From Campylobacterota bacterium (GTDB lineage Bacteria; Babelota; Babeliae; Babelales; RVW-14): 64,000 nucleotides of DNA. Under the pieces are notes generated by a model that was given only the letters and a program-made list of their open reading frames with translations, ran no database searches and was not told the origin of the DNA. The stretch covers positions 310,243-374,242 of the forward strand of contig JACKCO010000004.1 of assembly GCA_020633995.1 (NCBI GenBank), given 5' to 3'. Below, piece by piece: positions 54,236 to 62,898 of this stretch; position 1 is the first letter of the stretch, and each line of letters begins with the position of its first letter. A program made the translations under genes and the position numbers.

Positions 54236-57013
54236 CTACTTCTTCTGCGCCTCTCGCCATTCTGCTACAGCATCTGCGACAAGTTGCTCTGCGTCGTCTG
54301 AGTGAATGGTTGGAACAAGTCTTTTTGCTTTAAATGATTTTTGGGCAAGCTCTTTCATTTGACCTCTTTGTCTTTGTATGTGCAGCTCGCCAGCTTTATT
54401 AAAATCGAAATATTCAATAGGAGCTTTTGTATCACTATAGGTTTTGAAAAGGTGTTCAAAATACCCATGAAAATCTTCACCCATAGCTAATACCCAACTT
54501 GCAACAAGTTCATTAACTTCTTTTTTATCTACCCCAGAACCTTGCAGTAACTGGTTGGTGTAACGCAGAAGATTGGCTGCTAGGGTGTCTATTTCTGTTT
54601 TGTGCTGTGAGTTGGTATAGTCTTGCTTGTCTTCATACAGGTTTTTGACTGCATTAAACTGAGCATCATCGTCTTCATCAACTTCTACACCACCCTCTTC
54701 TGGTGGTGCTTCTGACTCTTTACGTTTACGTTCTTCTTCTTCTTCCCTGCGCTCACGTTCTAGGCGTTCACGCTCTTCTTGTTCTCTGCGTTCACGTTCT
54801 TCTTTTTCTCTGCGTTCACGTTCTTCTTTTTCTCTTTGCCTTTGTTCAAAGCTCTTTTGAGTTGCAGCGGCTCTTTTTTTAGGAGCTGCTCGACCTTTTG
54901 TTTCTTGCCCCATTCTTGGGCCGCTACCGCCTGAGGGTACGCCAGCGCCGGGACTAGATTTTTTAGCTTCTGTATCTGGCTGCTTTGGCTCTTCTTTTTT
55001 CGGCTCGCTCTCTGGTTTCTTTGGCTCCGCCTTTGGCGCGCTTGCACCGCTTACCAGATACATGAGGTTGCTGAGTTTGAGTTTGGTGAGTGCTACTTGG
55101 GCAAACACTGGATCAACGTCGACGGTTTTAGGTTTTTCTGGCTCTGAAGCAGGTTCTGGTTTTTTAGTCTTCATGTTTTTTAAGGCGCTGAGAACCTTTT
55201 TAATTTGAGGTTGTATCTGTGCAATTCGTTGGGTAAGTTGTTCTGTGCTGTAGGCATCAGGTGATGCTTCAAGAAGTAAGATCAGTTCATTAACTGCTTG
55301 TATAACAGTTTGTTTCTCAGGGGACTCTGGTTCTGATTCAAGCTCTGTTAATATTGCTTTGTGTGTTTTAATATGCTTGTTTTTTAGGCTTTTCAGTTCT
55401 TCAAGCTTTTTGTTTCGTTCAACGAGTTGCTGCTCTTGGTTTCTTTGTGCCTCACGTTCGCGTTGTTCTCGCTCTTCCCTTGCACGTTGTTCGCGTTGCT
55501 CGCGCTCTTTGCGTAGACGTTCATATGCACGCTTCTCAGCTTCTGCTGCTTTGTCTTGATCTTTGGTTTTCTTCTTGTAGTCATCGTGTTCAGCTTTTGG
55601 TAGTGATGCTTTTCTTGCTTCTAGCTCGTCTGCCTTTGCTCCGTCTTCTTCAGCTACTGCAATCTTGATATCACTAAAGTTAATGGTACCGGCACCACCA
55701 AAGCCAACATAGGCGATATTTTTTATACCTTTATCTACGCGGTGCTTGAGGATCGTGTTCTCTTCGCTTGGGCTGTCGCCGTAGCCAGCGGTAATGGTGT
55801 TGCCAAAAAATTGAACCCAAAATGGATTGCTTTCGCTGTCGGCTTGTACGGCATGGTCTGCAGTGTGAACTAGTTCACTGTCTCCATGTTTAAAAATTGC
55901 CCATTTTGAGTTTTCCCATCCGCCAAAGACGATGGCATAGCCTTGCAATTCCTCTGTTTTGACGGGGTCTTGTTTTGTGGGTGAGAGCCCGACATAAAAA
56001 TCATTTTGCCCTTTGCCAACGTTAAAGGTGATCAGCCCTTGTTGTTGTTGCGGTAGCTTCCAGGATTCGTCGAATGTTATTTTGTATTCATGGTTTTTGT
56101 TTAATGCAGATAATATCGTGGGCTCTGGGGTTGGTTCAGTGGCTGGCTCCGGCTCCGTCGGTTCAGGCTCCGGCTTTGCCGATTTAGGTTCTGGTTCGGG
56201 GTGAGGATCAGTTTTTTTCTTCTCTGCTTCTTTTTTCTTTGCATCTTCAGCAGCTTTTTTTGCCTCGCTTTGTAGCTTGATTGCTGCCTCTACTTTTGTT
56301 GAGAGGTCATGTATAGTTTTTGGATCTTGAGGTTGAGCTCCTGCAAAGAAAGTGTAGGCAGTTGTTTGGGGTGCTGTGTTTTTATATTTGGTTACTCCGT
56401 CTGAATCGGTAACAGTGTCTATAACTTGGGTTTTAAACGTGTTTGGTTTCTCTTCGGTTGTCTTTTGCAGGAGGTGTGTGTTCAATTTGGAGACTAAGAG
56501 ATTATAACTTCTGTCATTGTGGATAGTTTGTATATCATTTGCTGTTATCACTTGTGCTAGCTGGTTTGCGATGTTGTTGGCCAGCGCTTGTTGCATAGCA
56601 GATTGCTTTGTTGTGACTTGAGGTAGCGTGGGCATAACTCTCTGTTGAGTCATTATAGCTCCACTATATTGTGCTCCGGTGAGAAGTTTGCATGTTAATT
56701 CAATGTATTGATTAAGCGCTGTTTTGGTTTGTTCATAAGCCGTTGTATTAGGTTTTGTTCCTGAGACCCCAAGCACGGAGCCTACGCTTTCCCAAAATCC
56801 CTTTTTTGGCTCAAGCCCTTTAAGCTCGTTGTAAAGCGGTTCTATGTTTGGGTGCCCTTTAACTTGATTGGTAATCTCTTGTACTTTTGTTTGATCGACT
56901 ATGAGCGTTACAGATTTTGGCGTACCACTAAACATGGCCCATGCCTGACCACTGAGCAAAAGCGCTAGGGCTAGTACGACAAAAAATCTAAACACGTTTA
57001 GTTTTGCCATCAT
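54236..57013 (-). CDS. Large secreted protein (925 aa): paralog-family N-domain, jelly-roll domain resembling Methyltransf_FA/FAMeT repeats, Glu/Arg-rich coiled coils
   Basis: Signal peptide ..FFVVLALALLLSGQAWA. NDFYVGLS..YAIVFGGWENSKWAIFK..FWVQF..YVGFGG. REQREREAQR and REKEERERREKEERERREQEERERLERERREEEEERKRKE tracts. Confidence 0.75.
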   Translation of the reverse strand: MMAKLNVFRFFVVLALALLLSGQAWAMFSGTPKSVTLIVDQTKVQEITNQVKGHPNIEPLYNELKGLEPKKGFWESVGSVLGVSGTKPNTTAYEQTKTALNQYIELTCKLLTGAQYSGAIMTQQRVMPTLPQVTTKQSAMQQALANNIANQLAQVITANDIQTIHNDRSYNLLVSKLNTHLLQKTTEEKPNTFKTQVIDTVTDSDGVTKYKNTAPQTTAYTFFAGAQPQDPKTIHDLSTKVEAAIKLQSEAKKAAEDAKKKEAEKKKTDPHPEPEPKSAKPEPEPTEPEPATEPTPEPTILSALNKNHEYKITFDESWKLPQQQQGLITFNVGKGQNDFYVGLSPTKQDPVKTEELQGYAIVFGGWENSKWAIFKHGDSELVHTADHAVQADSESNPFWVQFFGNTITAGYGDSPSEENTILKHRVDKGIKNIAYVGFGGAGTINFSDIKIAVAEEDGAKADELEARKASLPKAEHDDYKKKTKDQDKAAEAEKRAYERLRKEREQREQRAREEREQREREAQRNQEQQLVERNKKLEELKSLKNKHIKTHKAILTELESEPESPEKQTVIQAVNELILLLEASPDAYSTEQLTQRIAQIQPQIKKVLSALKNMKTKKPEPASEPEKPKTVDVDPVFAQVALTKLKLSNLMYLVSGASAPKAEPKKPESEPKKEEPKQPDTEAKKSSPGAGVPSGGSGPRMGQETKGRAAPKKRAAATQKSFEQRQREKEERERREKEERERREQEERERLERERREEEEERKRKESEAPPEEGGVEVDEDDDAQFNAVKNLYEDKQDYTNSQHKTEIDTLAANLLRYTNQLLQGSGVDKKEVNELVASWVLAMGEDFHGYFEHLFKTYSDTKAPIEYFDFNKAGELHIQRQRGQMKELAQKSFKAKRLVPTIHSDDAEQLVADAVAEWREAQKK

Positions 57014-57021
57014 TTTCCTTT

Positions 57022-57750
57022 TTATTTGGCACTAATTTTGTGCATGAGATTTATCATTTTTAGCTTCATAATTTGTAGCTGGGTGAGTGTTGCATCTTGT
57101 GATGGTTTTTCTGGAGTACTTTTTTTCTTTTCGGGGGGTGTTGAAGTTTGTGTCTTTTTCCAGGCTACTTTAGCATTGTTTACTTTTTCTTTTAGGTGGT
57201 TGATGTTTAAGGCCTGTGTTACATCGACTAAGTATTTTTGGTGGACAAAGTTTTGGTTGGTTGTACCTGTGAAGGATGGAAGGTCACTTGGAAACCATGT
57301 GTTCACTTTTGCTATGAATGGCTTTACAAGTTGGTTGCTGATTTTGCTTTCGTCATCATTAATGTTTTTAAGTGTTTCCTCTGTTAAGCTTATGTACTTG
57401 TTGCTTGTGAAAAATGTGGCTAACCCTGCAGAGAAAAGGCTCGGTTGTCTATCTCTAGGAATGACGATGCCTTGATGTAGTTCGCAAAAAAGTAGGATGA
57501 GATCTTCAAGAGTTTTTTTAGTTTTTGGCTGACCTGAAGACCAGGGAATCCAACTGGGGCTAACTTCAGCTATAAGCTTTTTAATCGAATCTTTTTCTAA
57601 GACGTTGTTATAAAGTGTTGTTATATCAGTGTCTGTTTTTAGGGAAAGATCAGATTCTTTCTGAGATGATTCGGCTCCCCACGCACTGCTCGTAAACAAA
57701 AAAGTAACTATTAGTACTACAAACATTGTATGGGATAACTGCTTTGCCAT
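57022..57750 (-). CDS. Secreted protein, LKLKM-tail family (242 aa)
   Basis: Signal peptide ..VVLIVTFLFTSSAWG. C-terminus LTQLQIMKLKMINLMHKISAK. Paralog of 57763..58476. Confidence 0.7.
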   Translation of the reverse strand: MAKQLSHTMFVVLIVTFLFTSSAWGAESSQKESDLSLKTDTDITTLYNNVLEKDSIKKLIAEVSPSWIPWSSGQPKTKKTLEDLILLFCELHQGIVIPRDRQPSLFSAGLATFFTSNKYISLTEETLKNINDDESKISNQLVKPFIAKVNTWFPSDLPSFTGTTNQNFVHQKYLVDVTQALNINHLKEKVNNAKVAWKKTQTSTPPEKKKSTPEKPSQDATLTQLQIMKLKMINLMHKISAK

Positions 57751-57762
57751 GGGTTTCCCTTT

Positions 57763-58476
57763 TTATTTAGCACTAATTTTGTGTATAAGATCCATCATTT
57801 TTAATTTCATAATTTGTAGTAAAGTCAGCGTTGGTTCGGTTTGTGTCTGCTTGCCATGCTCGTCATTGTATGCTTTGAGTGTTGCTGTTATTTTTTCGGC
57901 AAGACTATCTCTGGTGTTAATGCTTGTAGGGCCTGCGTGTGCATAGTAATGGTAAGCTGTCTGTGTCAGGTCTATGCCAAATGTTGTTTGTATGTTTTGC
58001 ATCCATGTGTCTATTTTGTTTGCAAAGTTTTGTGTCAGCTCATCAAGCTTACTGCCTTGTTGAAACATGTTGGTATTGTGGATCTCTGTTATTTTTGTTT
58101 CTGTTAATTCAAGATAACTGCTGTTGATAAAGAATGTAGTAATTTCTGAAGGGAGTGTGAGGGGATTTTTTTCTTTTTTTATGTGGGTACCAGTGAGGAG
58201 TGAGCAGATATGGTCAACAAGTGCTTCAAGTATTTTTTGTGTGTTACTGGTAATGGAGGTAACAAATAGGTTAGTCGGAGGGGCTTGTGCAATGAGTTTT
58301 TTCATATCTTCTGTTGCAAGCACGTCTTGCTTGAGCTGCTCAACAGCTTCTGGTGAGTTAAGGTTGAGGTCTTGTGCGGGTGGGGTTGGATCGGCTGCGT
58401 GGGAGATGGTGCCAGAGTTTAAAAGCATTGCAATTGATAAGGCCAACAATAGAAGGGAACGTGTCTTTATTTTCAT
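57763..58476 (-). CDS. Secreted protein, LKLKM-tail family (237 aa)
   Basis: Signal peptide MKIKTRSLLLLALSIAMLLNSGTISHA. C-terminus LTLLQIMKLKMMDLIHKISAK. Confidence 0.7.
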   Translation of the reverse strand: MKIKTRSLLLLALSIAMLLNSGTISHAADPTPPAQDLNLNSPEAVEQLKQDVLATEDMKKLIAQAPPTNLFVTSITSNTQKILEALVDHICSLLTGTHIKKEKNPLTLPSEITTFFINSSYLELTETKITEIHNTNMFQQGSKLDELTQNFANKIDTWMQNIQTTFGIDLTQTAYHYYAHAGPTSINTRDSLAEKITATLKAYNDEHGKQTQTEPTLTLLQIMKLKMMDLIHKISAK

Positions 58477-58699
58477 ACCACTCGTCCTTTGTTTGTGTCA
58501 TGCTCAAACAGTACCTGGATAAATCAGAGCACATAGCTCAGCAAGACATATGATTGTTATTAAAAAAAAGAATAACAATCTTATGCTGGCAGAAGTTGGG
58601 CGAAGTGGTCAATAATTTGTAGGACTTGATGTCTTTATGATGTGAACCGGGCATAGAGGCTGCAGGGCAGCATGCGTTTGTCACTGGCATGAGCCAGAC

Positions 58700-58966
58700 T
58701 TAAAAGAGGTCGGCGTGTGTGCCAGTCCTAATAAAAATGATTTCGGTGTCAGTTTTTTTGTAAATGAGAAGCCAGTCTGGCTCGATGTGACATTCCCAAT
58801 AGGTACTGTATGGGCCCTTGAGTTTATGATTACGATTTTTTACGGGTAATTTTTTTGACTCAAGTAAAGCTTGCATGATCTGCCTTATCTTGGACATATC
58901 TTTGGAGCGCTTTTTTTGGCGTTGGATGTCTTTTGTAAATTGTTTTTGGTAGATAGCTATTAACAT
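58700..58966 (-). CDS. yafQ: Type II toxin, YafQ/RelE family mRNA interferase
   Basis: 88 aa. FTKDIQRQKKRSKD..NHKLKGPYSTYWECHIEPDWLLIYKKTDTEIIFIRTGTHADLF matches the YafQ family signature. Confidence 0.85.
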   Translation of the reverse strand: MLIAIYQKQFTKDIQRQKKRSKDMSKIRQIMQALLESKKLPVKNRNHKLKGPYSTYWECHIEPDWLLIYKKTDTEIIFIRTGTHADLF

Positions 58967-58969
58967 TGC

Positions 58970-59221
58970 CTAGATGCCCAATTTCTCAAATAAATCGTCG
59001 ATATTTTTTGCTTTTACAAGATTTTTCTTTTGTTCAGTATCCTTGATTGCTTGGCATGTTGTTTTATTGGGTTTTTTTTCTGTGTAGAGGTGCTCAATTG
59101 AGTCAATGACAAGCTGCCGCATGCTTTTTCCGGTTACCAAAGCAAGAGCTTTCAGGCGTTTGTGGTCTTGTTTTGGAATATCGATTGTTAGGCGAGAAAA
59201 TTCATTCGTTTGAGGTTTCAT
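58970..59221 (-). CDS. Antitoxin, ribbon-helix-helix type
   Basis: 83 aa. RLTIDIPKQDHKRLKALALVTGKSMRQLVIDSI is an RHH pattern. Its stop lies 3 nt before the toxin ATG. Confidence 0.75.
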   Translation of the reverse strand: MKPQTNEFSRLTIDIPKQDHKRLKALALVTGKSMRQLVIDSIEHLYTEKKPNKTTCQAIKDTEQKKNLVKAKNIDDLFEKLGI

Positions 59222-59311
59222 GGTTGGCCTTTCTTTTCCTTTAATTATTCTTTACTTGCTCTTAAGTAAAGAATAACAGATTTAAAGAAATAAAGAAAGT
59301 TTTGGTAGCAT

Positions 59312-60169
59312 TTATCCTTTGAACCGGGCATAAAGGCTGCAGGGCAGCATGCGTTTATCGCTGGCATGAGCTAGTTCAAGTTCACCAACGTCAAGGGTCA
59401 CGTCTGGGTAAAAGTCGGTAAGTACGTTGGCAAGTACGGTAGGCGAAAAGCCCATCGAGTACCCGTTAAAAATAACAAAGTGAGGCTGGGGTACGAGCAG
59501 ACGTGTGCATAATTGGAGCAGCTCAAGTACGTGTTTTTCAAACTCAAAGATTTTGCCTTTGTGGCTGCGGCCAAATGAGGGTGGGTCCATAATGAGTGCG
59601 TCGTAACGCTTGCCCCGTTTAAGCTCTCGTTTGACAAAGGTTGCACAGTCGTCAATTATCCAGCGGATTGGTGCATTGGCAAGGCCACTGTTTTGGGCAT
59701 TGGTTCGAGCTTGGCTGATGCTGGGCTTTGACGCGTCAACATGGCAAACCTGTGCCCCAGCAGCAGCTGCACAAAGAGTGGCTGCGCCGGTGTAGCCAAA
59801 TAAGTTGAGAACTGACAAGTCTTTTTTGCTTTGGGTGATTGCATCAATCATCCATGACCAGTTGGCCATTTGTTCGGGAAAGACGCCAATGTTTTTAGAG
59901 CCACTCGCTTTGAGCTGACAGGAGATTGATATTTTTTTGTACTCGTACTGGAAATGCCAGTCAGGGGGTAAGCCCTTTTTATGCTGCCAAGCCCATTTGT
60001 CAGCATTGTTTTTTGCGTATGTTGCGTGTGCTTTGCTCCATTCGTGCTTGGGCAGGCGTGGTTGCCAGACGCAGTTTGTGTCTGGTCTGATGATGCGTGT
60101 TGAGCCGATTTGCTCGAGTTTGCGGCCGTGGCCAGAGTCGAGTAGTTGATAGTTTGTGTTTGTTATCAT
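59312..60169 (-). CDS. Class I SAM-dependent methyltransferase (COG1092/RlmI-C-terminal-like)
   Basis: 285 aa. LNLFGYTGAATLCAAAAGA (motif I), HVDAS, IMDPPSF (motif IV). Confidence 0.7.
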   Translation of the reverse strand: MITNTNYQLLDSGHGRKLEQIGSTRIIRPDTNCVWQPRLPKHEWSKAHATYAKNNADKWAWQHKKGLPPDWHFQYEYKKISISCQLKASGSKNIGVFPEQMANWSWMIDAITQSKKDLSVLNLFGYTGAATLCAAAAGAQVCHVDASKPSISQARTNAQNSGLANAPIRWIIDDCATFVKRELKRGKRYDALIMDPPSFGRSHKGKIFEFEKHVLELLQLCTRLLVPQPHFVIFNGYSMGFSPTVLANVLTDFYPDVTLDVGELELAHASDKRMLPCSLYARFKG

Positions 60170-60224
60170 AATTATCGTAAGGTCCTGTGTGTAGGTATGG
60201 TATTTGGGTGGCGTATGTTATTTT

Positions 60225-60595
60225 TTTGTCGTCATCCCCGAGCCTGTCCTCTGGCTTGATCAGGGGGACGATCGGGGATCTTTTTTATTTTACAGTTATT
60301 GCAAAAAATAATTAAGTTTTAAGGTGGTTTTTGAATTTTTTAGATTCCCGATCGCCGTCCATTACTGTCCAAAGTGTTTTGAAATAAGTTTTTTTGCGGG
60401 ACACACATTCCCCCCTTGGGTCGTCCCCGGCTCGGTCGGGGATCCAGATAATGGTTAGTCAAGTTCTGGATTCCCGCCTTCGCGGGAACGACGAATTTGG
60501 AATATCAAGATGCGTAACAATTCGTCTCTTTACAACTATTCTTGTATCACTTTGGACAGTAATGGACGGCGTCGGGAATGACAATTTTTTTTAGC
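60225..60595. repeat. Hairpin repeat cluster containing a MITE-like unit (60343..60582)
   Basis: 60231-60270 is a nested hairpin plus T-run. 60343-60376 and 60548-60582 are ~34-nt terminal inverted repeats with one 1-nt indel. Confidence 0.85.
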
Positions 60596-60656
60596 AAGCA
60601 AATTTTGTACGGGTAGCTATCTTAGTCTGAGTGAGAGCATATAAATTTATTAATTT

Positions 60657-61643
60657 CTAGTCATCGCTATTTACCAAGTGGTCAAGTTTGTTGAGAGGAT
60701 GTTTTTCGTCACACATTTTAGCCAGCTGCTGGTTTGAAATGTGTGTGTAAATTTCGGTGGTTGAAATTGTTTTGTGTCCGAGCAGTTCTTGAATGACGCG
60801 TAGGTCAACGCCCTGATGAAGCATGTGTGTGGCAAATGAGTGGCGGATTTTGTGCGGTGTCAGGGTACGGTCGACTTTTAAAAATTTGCGAAACATTTCA
60901 AAAATACGTTGCACTGAGCGTGTGGTAATTTTGCTGCCGGCATAGTTTAAAAAAAGGTAGGGTTCATTGTCATCTTTGAGCAGCGTTGGCCGTTCAATAT
61001 TGATGTACTGCTCAAGTTGTTTTTGTGCTTTTGCGCCAAACAAGACAATGCGTTCTTTGCGGCCTTTGCCCAAAATCCTGATTGCTCGCTCACTAAAACT
61101 GATGTCGTTAAGCCTGATGTTGACCAATTCGCTACAGCGAATGCCGGTTGCGTACACTAACTCAAAAATTGACTTATCGCGGTGTGGAAACTTGGTGGGG
61201 AGGTTGTCGTTTTTGATAGCATCAAGCAGATAAAAGATTTCATCAACGCTGAGTGTTGCGGGTAGTTTTTTGTCCAGACGTGGTGACTTGAGATTGATGG
61301 TGAGTTTAATGCCTTGGTTGTGTAAAAATTGCTGAAATGAGCGTAGTGTTGAGAGTTTGCGTGCTAGTGATGACTTACTTACCTTTTTATAAAAAAGTGA
61401 GACAGCGTAGCGACGCAAAACGGTGTCCAAATCGAGTTTAACCTTTTTCTCTTTTTCTTTAATACGCTCCCAAAAGGCACAAAGCTGGTCAAGGTCACTT
61501 GCGTATGCGCGCAGCGTGTGAGCTGAGGCATTCTTTTCAACCTCTAAAAATGATAAAAAATCTTTTACTTTTTCTTTAAACTGTGCAATATCCACAAAGG
61601 CCTCCTTGTACGTCTGCGCGTTTGTATGATAGTGACGAAACAT
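60657..61643 (-). CDS. Tyrosine site-specific recombinase, XerC/XerD family
   Basis: 328 aa. ..ATGIRCSEL.. and HKIRHSFATHMLHQGVDLRVIQELLGHKTISTTEIYTH (R..HxxR..Y catalytic pattern). Confidence 0.85.
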   Translation of the reverse strand: MFRHYHTNAQTYKEAFVDIAQFKEKVKDFLSFLEVEKNASAHTLRAYASDLDQLCAFWERIKEKEKKVKLDLDTVLRRYAVSLFYKKVSKSSLARKLSTLRSFQQFLHNQGIKLTINLKSPRLDKKLPATLSVDEIFYLLDAIKNDNLPTKFPHRDKSIFELVYATGIRCSELVNIRLNDISFSERAIRILGKGRKERIVLFGAKAQKQLEQYINIERPTLLKDDNEPYLFLNYAGSKITTRSVQRIFEMFRKFLKVDRTLTPHKIRHSFATHMLHQGVDLRVIQELLGHKTISTTEIYTHISNQQLAKMCDEKHPLNKLDHLVNSDD

Positions 61644-61664
61644 TCATCAGTGTAGACAAACCAT

Positions 61665-62387
61665 TTGGCAGATGGCAAAGCGTTTTGTTATTGGCTTCAA
61701 ACAGTCCCAACTAAGAGGAAAAGTGTGAGCGAGCATGAGTATATCGAAAAATTGATTAACCTGCTGCAAAAAAACACAAAAAGTTTTATGCAGCCGCTTA
61801 TTGACATTGTCATTGATGAGTTTGGGCACGAGCCATATCTTATTTTGATTGCATGCTTGTTGAGCTTGCGAGCAAAAGACAGTACCACCGTACATGTATG
61901 TCGTGAGCTTTTTGCTCGGGTAAAAACGCCACAGCAGCTGTTGAAGTTGCCGGTTAGTGAGCTTGAGCGCATCATTTTTAAAACGGGGTTTTACAAAAAT
62001 AAGGCAAAAGTGTTGCGTGGTGTAAGCAATGTGTTGCTTGAGCAGTATGGTGGTAAAGTGCCCGATAAGTATGATGAGCTGATCAGCATTGATGGTGTTG
62101 GGCCTAAAACTGCCAACTTGGTGCTTGGCATGGCGTTTGGCAAGCCGGCTATTTGCGTTGACACGCACGTGCACCGTATTTCAAATCGGCTAGGGCTGAT
62201 TAAGACAAAGACGGTTGAGCAGACAGAGCAGCAGCTTAAAAAGGTGTTACCACAAAAATATTGGACGGTGTGGAATCATTTGCTGGTTATGTGGGGACAA
62301 AATGTGTGCGTGCCGATTTCCCCTAAGTGTAGCGAGTGTGTGTTGAAACCACATTGTAAAAGAATTGGGGTCATTAAAAGTCGATAA
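61665..62387 (+). CDS. nth: Endonuclease III
   Basis: HhH-GPD (LISIDGVGPKTANLVL) and the C-terminal 4Fe-4S motif CVPISPKCSECVLKPHC. The start may instead be GTG near 61726. Confidence 0.85.
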   Translation: MADGKAFCYWLQTVPTKRKSVSEHEYIEKLINLLQKNTKSFMQPLIDIVIDEFGHEPYLILIACLLSLRAKDSTTVHVCRELFARVKTPQQLLKLPVSELERIIFKTGFYKNKAKVLRGVSNVLLEQYGGKVPDKYDELISIDGVGPKTANLVLGMAFGKPAICVDTHVHRISNRLGLIKTKTVEQTEQQLKKVLPQKYWTVWNHLLVMWGQNVCVPISPKCSECVLKPHCKRIGVIKSR

Positions 62388-62397
62388 AAAAGGCGTG

Positions 62398-62871
62398 CTA
62401 TTGTTTAGTATAGCTGAAAAGTTGGGTGATTATTTTGTTAATTTCTTTGGATTCTTCAACGATATCTTTGCGTATGGTTGAAACAAAATGTGAGCCCGAA
62501 TGTATGAAGTTGGCTGCTGGATGTGCTTGGCGAATGGCCTGTAGTGTTTTTAAGCCGAAGTAGATATTGAGGGGCCACCAAAATGCAAATTGGCATGTTC
62601 TAATCAAACGTGATTTTTGAGTTTTGAAGAAACTTGGCATTAAGGTTTTAGCCTTAGTTACTGCTGGGGCTGTCCGTGGATACAGGCGTGTAATTTTTTG
62701 AAGTGCTTCCGGGATAAAAGATTTCACTTTCATTGTCCAACAAAAAGCCCAGAGAAGGCTAAACTTAACCGCTCGCTCGTGTTCTTCGTGGTTGATTTGT
62801 TTTGGCGATTGCATGTTTGCGGTTTGCGCCAAGCACGCAATCAAAAGTGCCAAGGTGATACGTTTTTTCAT
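62398..62871 (-). CDS. Small hypothetical membrane/secreted protein, paralog A
   Basis: 157 aa. Signal peptide MKKRITLALLIACLAQTANM. Shares layout with 62899..63426. Confidence 0.5.
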   Translation of the reverse strand: MKKRITLALLIACLAQTANMQSPKQINHEEHERAVKFSLLWAFCWTMKVKSFIPEALQKITRLYPRTAPAVTKAKTLMPSFFKTQKSRLIRTCQFAFWWPLNIYFGLKTLQAIRQAHPAANFIHSGSHFVSTIRKDIVEESKEINKIITQLFSYTKQ

Positions 62872-62898
62872 AGTAAGCCTCCATGCCGGGGTGCGTGG

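Larger units (their letters stand above)
58644..59374 (-). mobile_element. Toxin-antitoxin cassette between 54-nt direct repeats derived from the 3' end of the methyltransferase gene
   Basis: 58644-58697 versus 59321-59374: 50 of 54 identical by my count. The distal copy still encodes ..SDKRMLPCSLYARFTS*. Confidence 0.55.

Noticed and set aside
60225-61643. This could be an integron-like arrangement, with a tyrosine recombinase next to palindromic attC-like repeats.
   Set aside because: The recombinase has standard XerC/XerD features. The repeats lack the GTTRRRY core. The genes between repeat clusters are housekeeping genes in mixed orientations, not promoterless cassettes.
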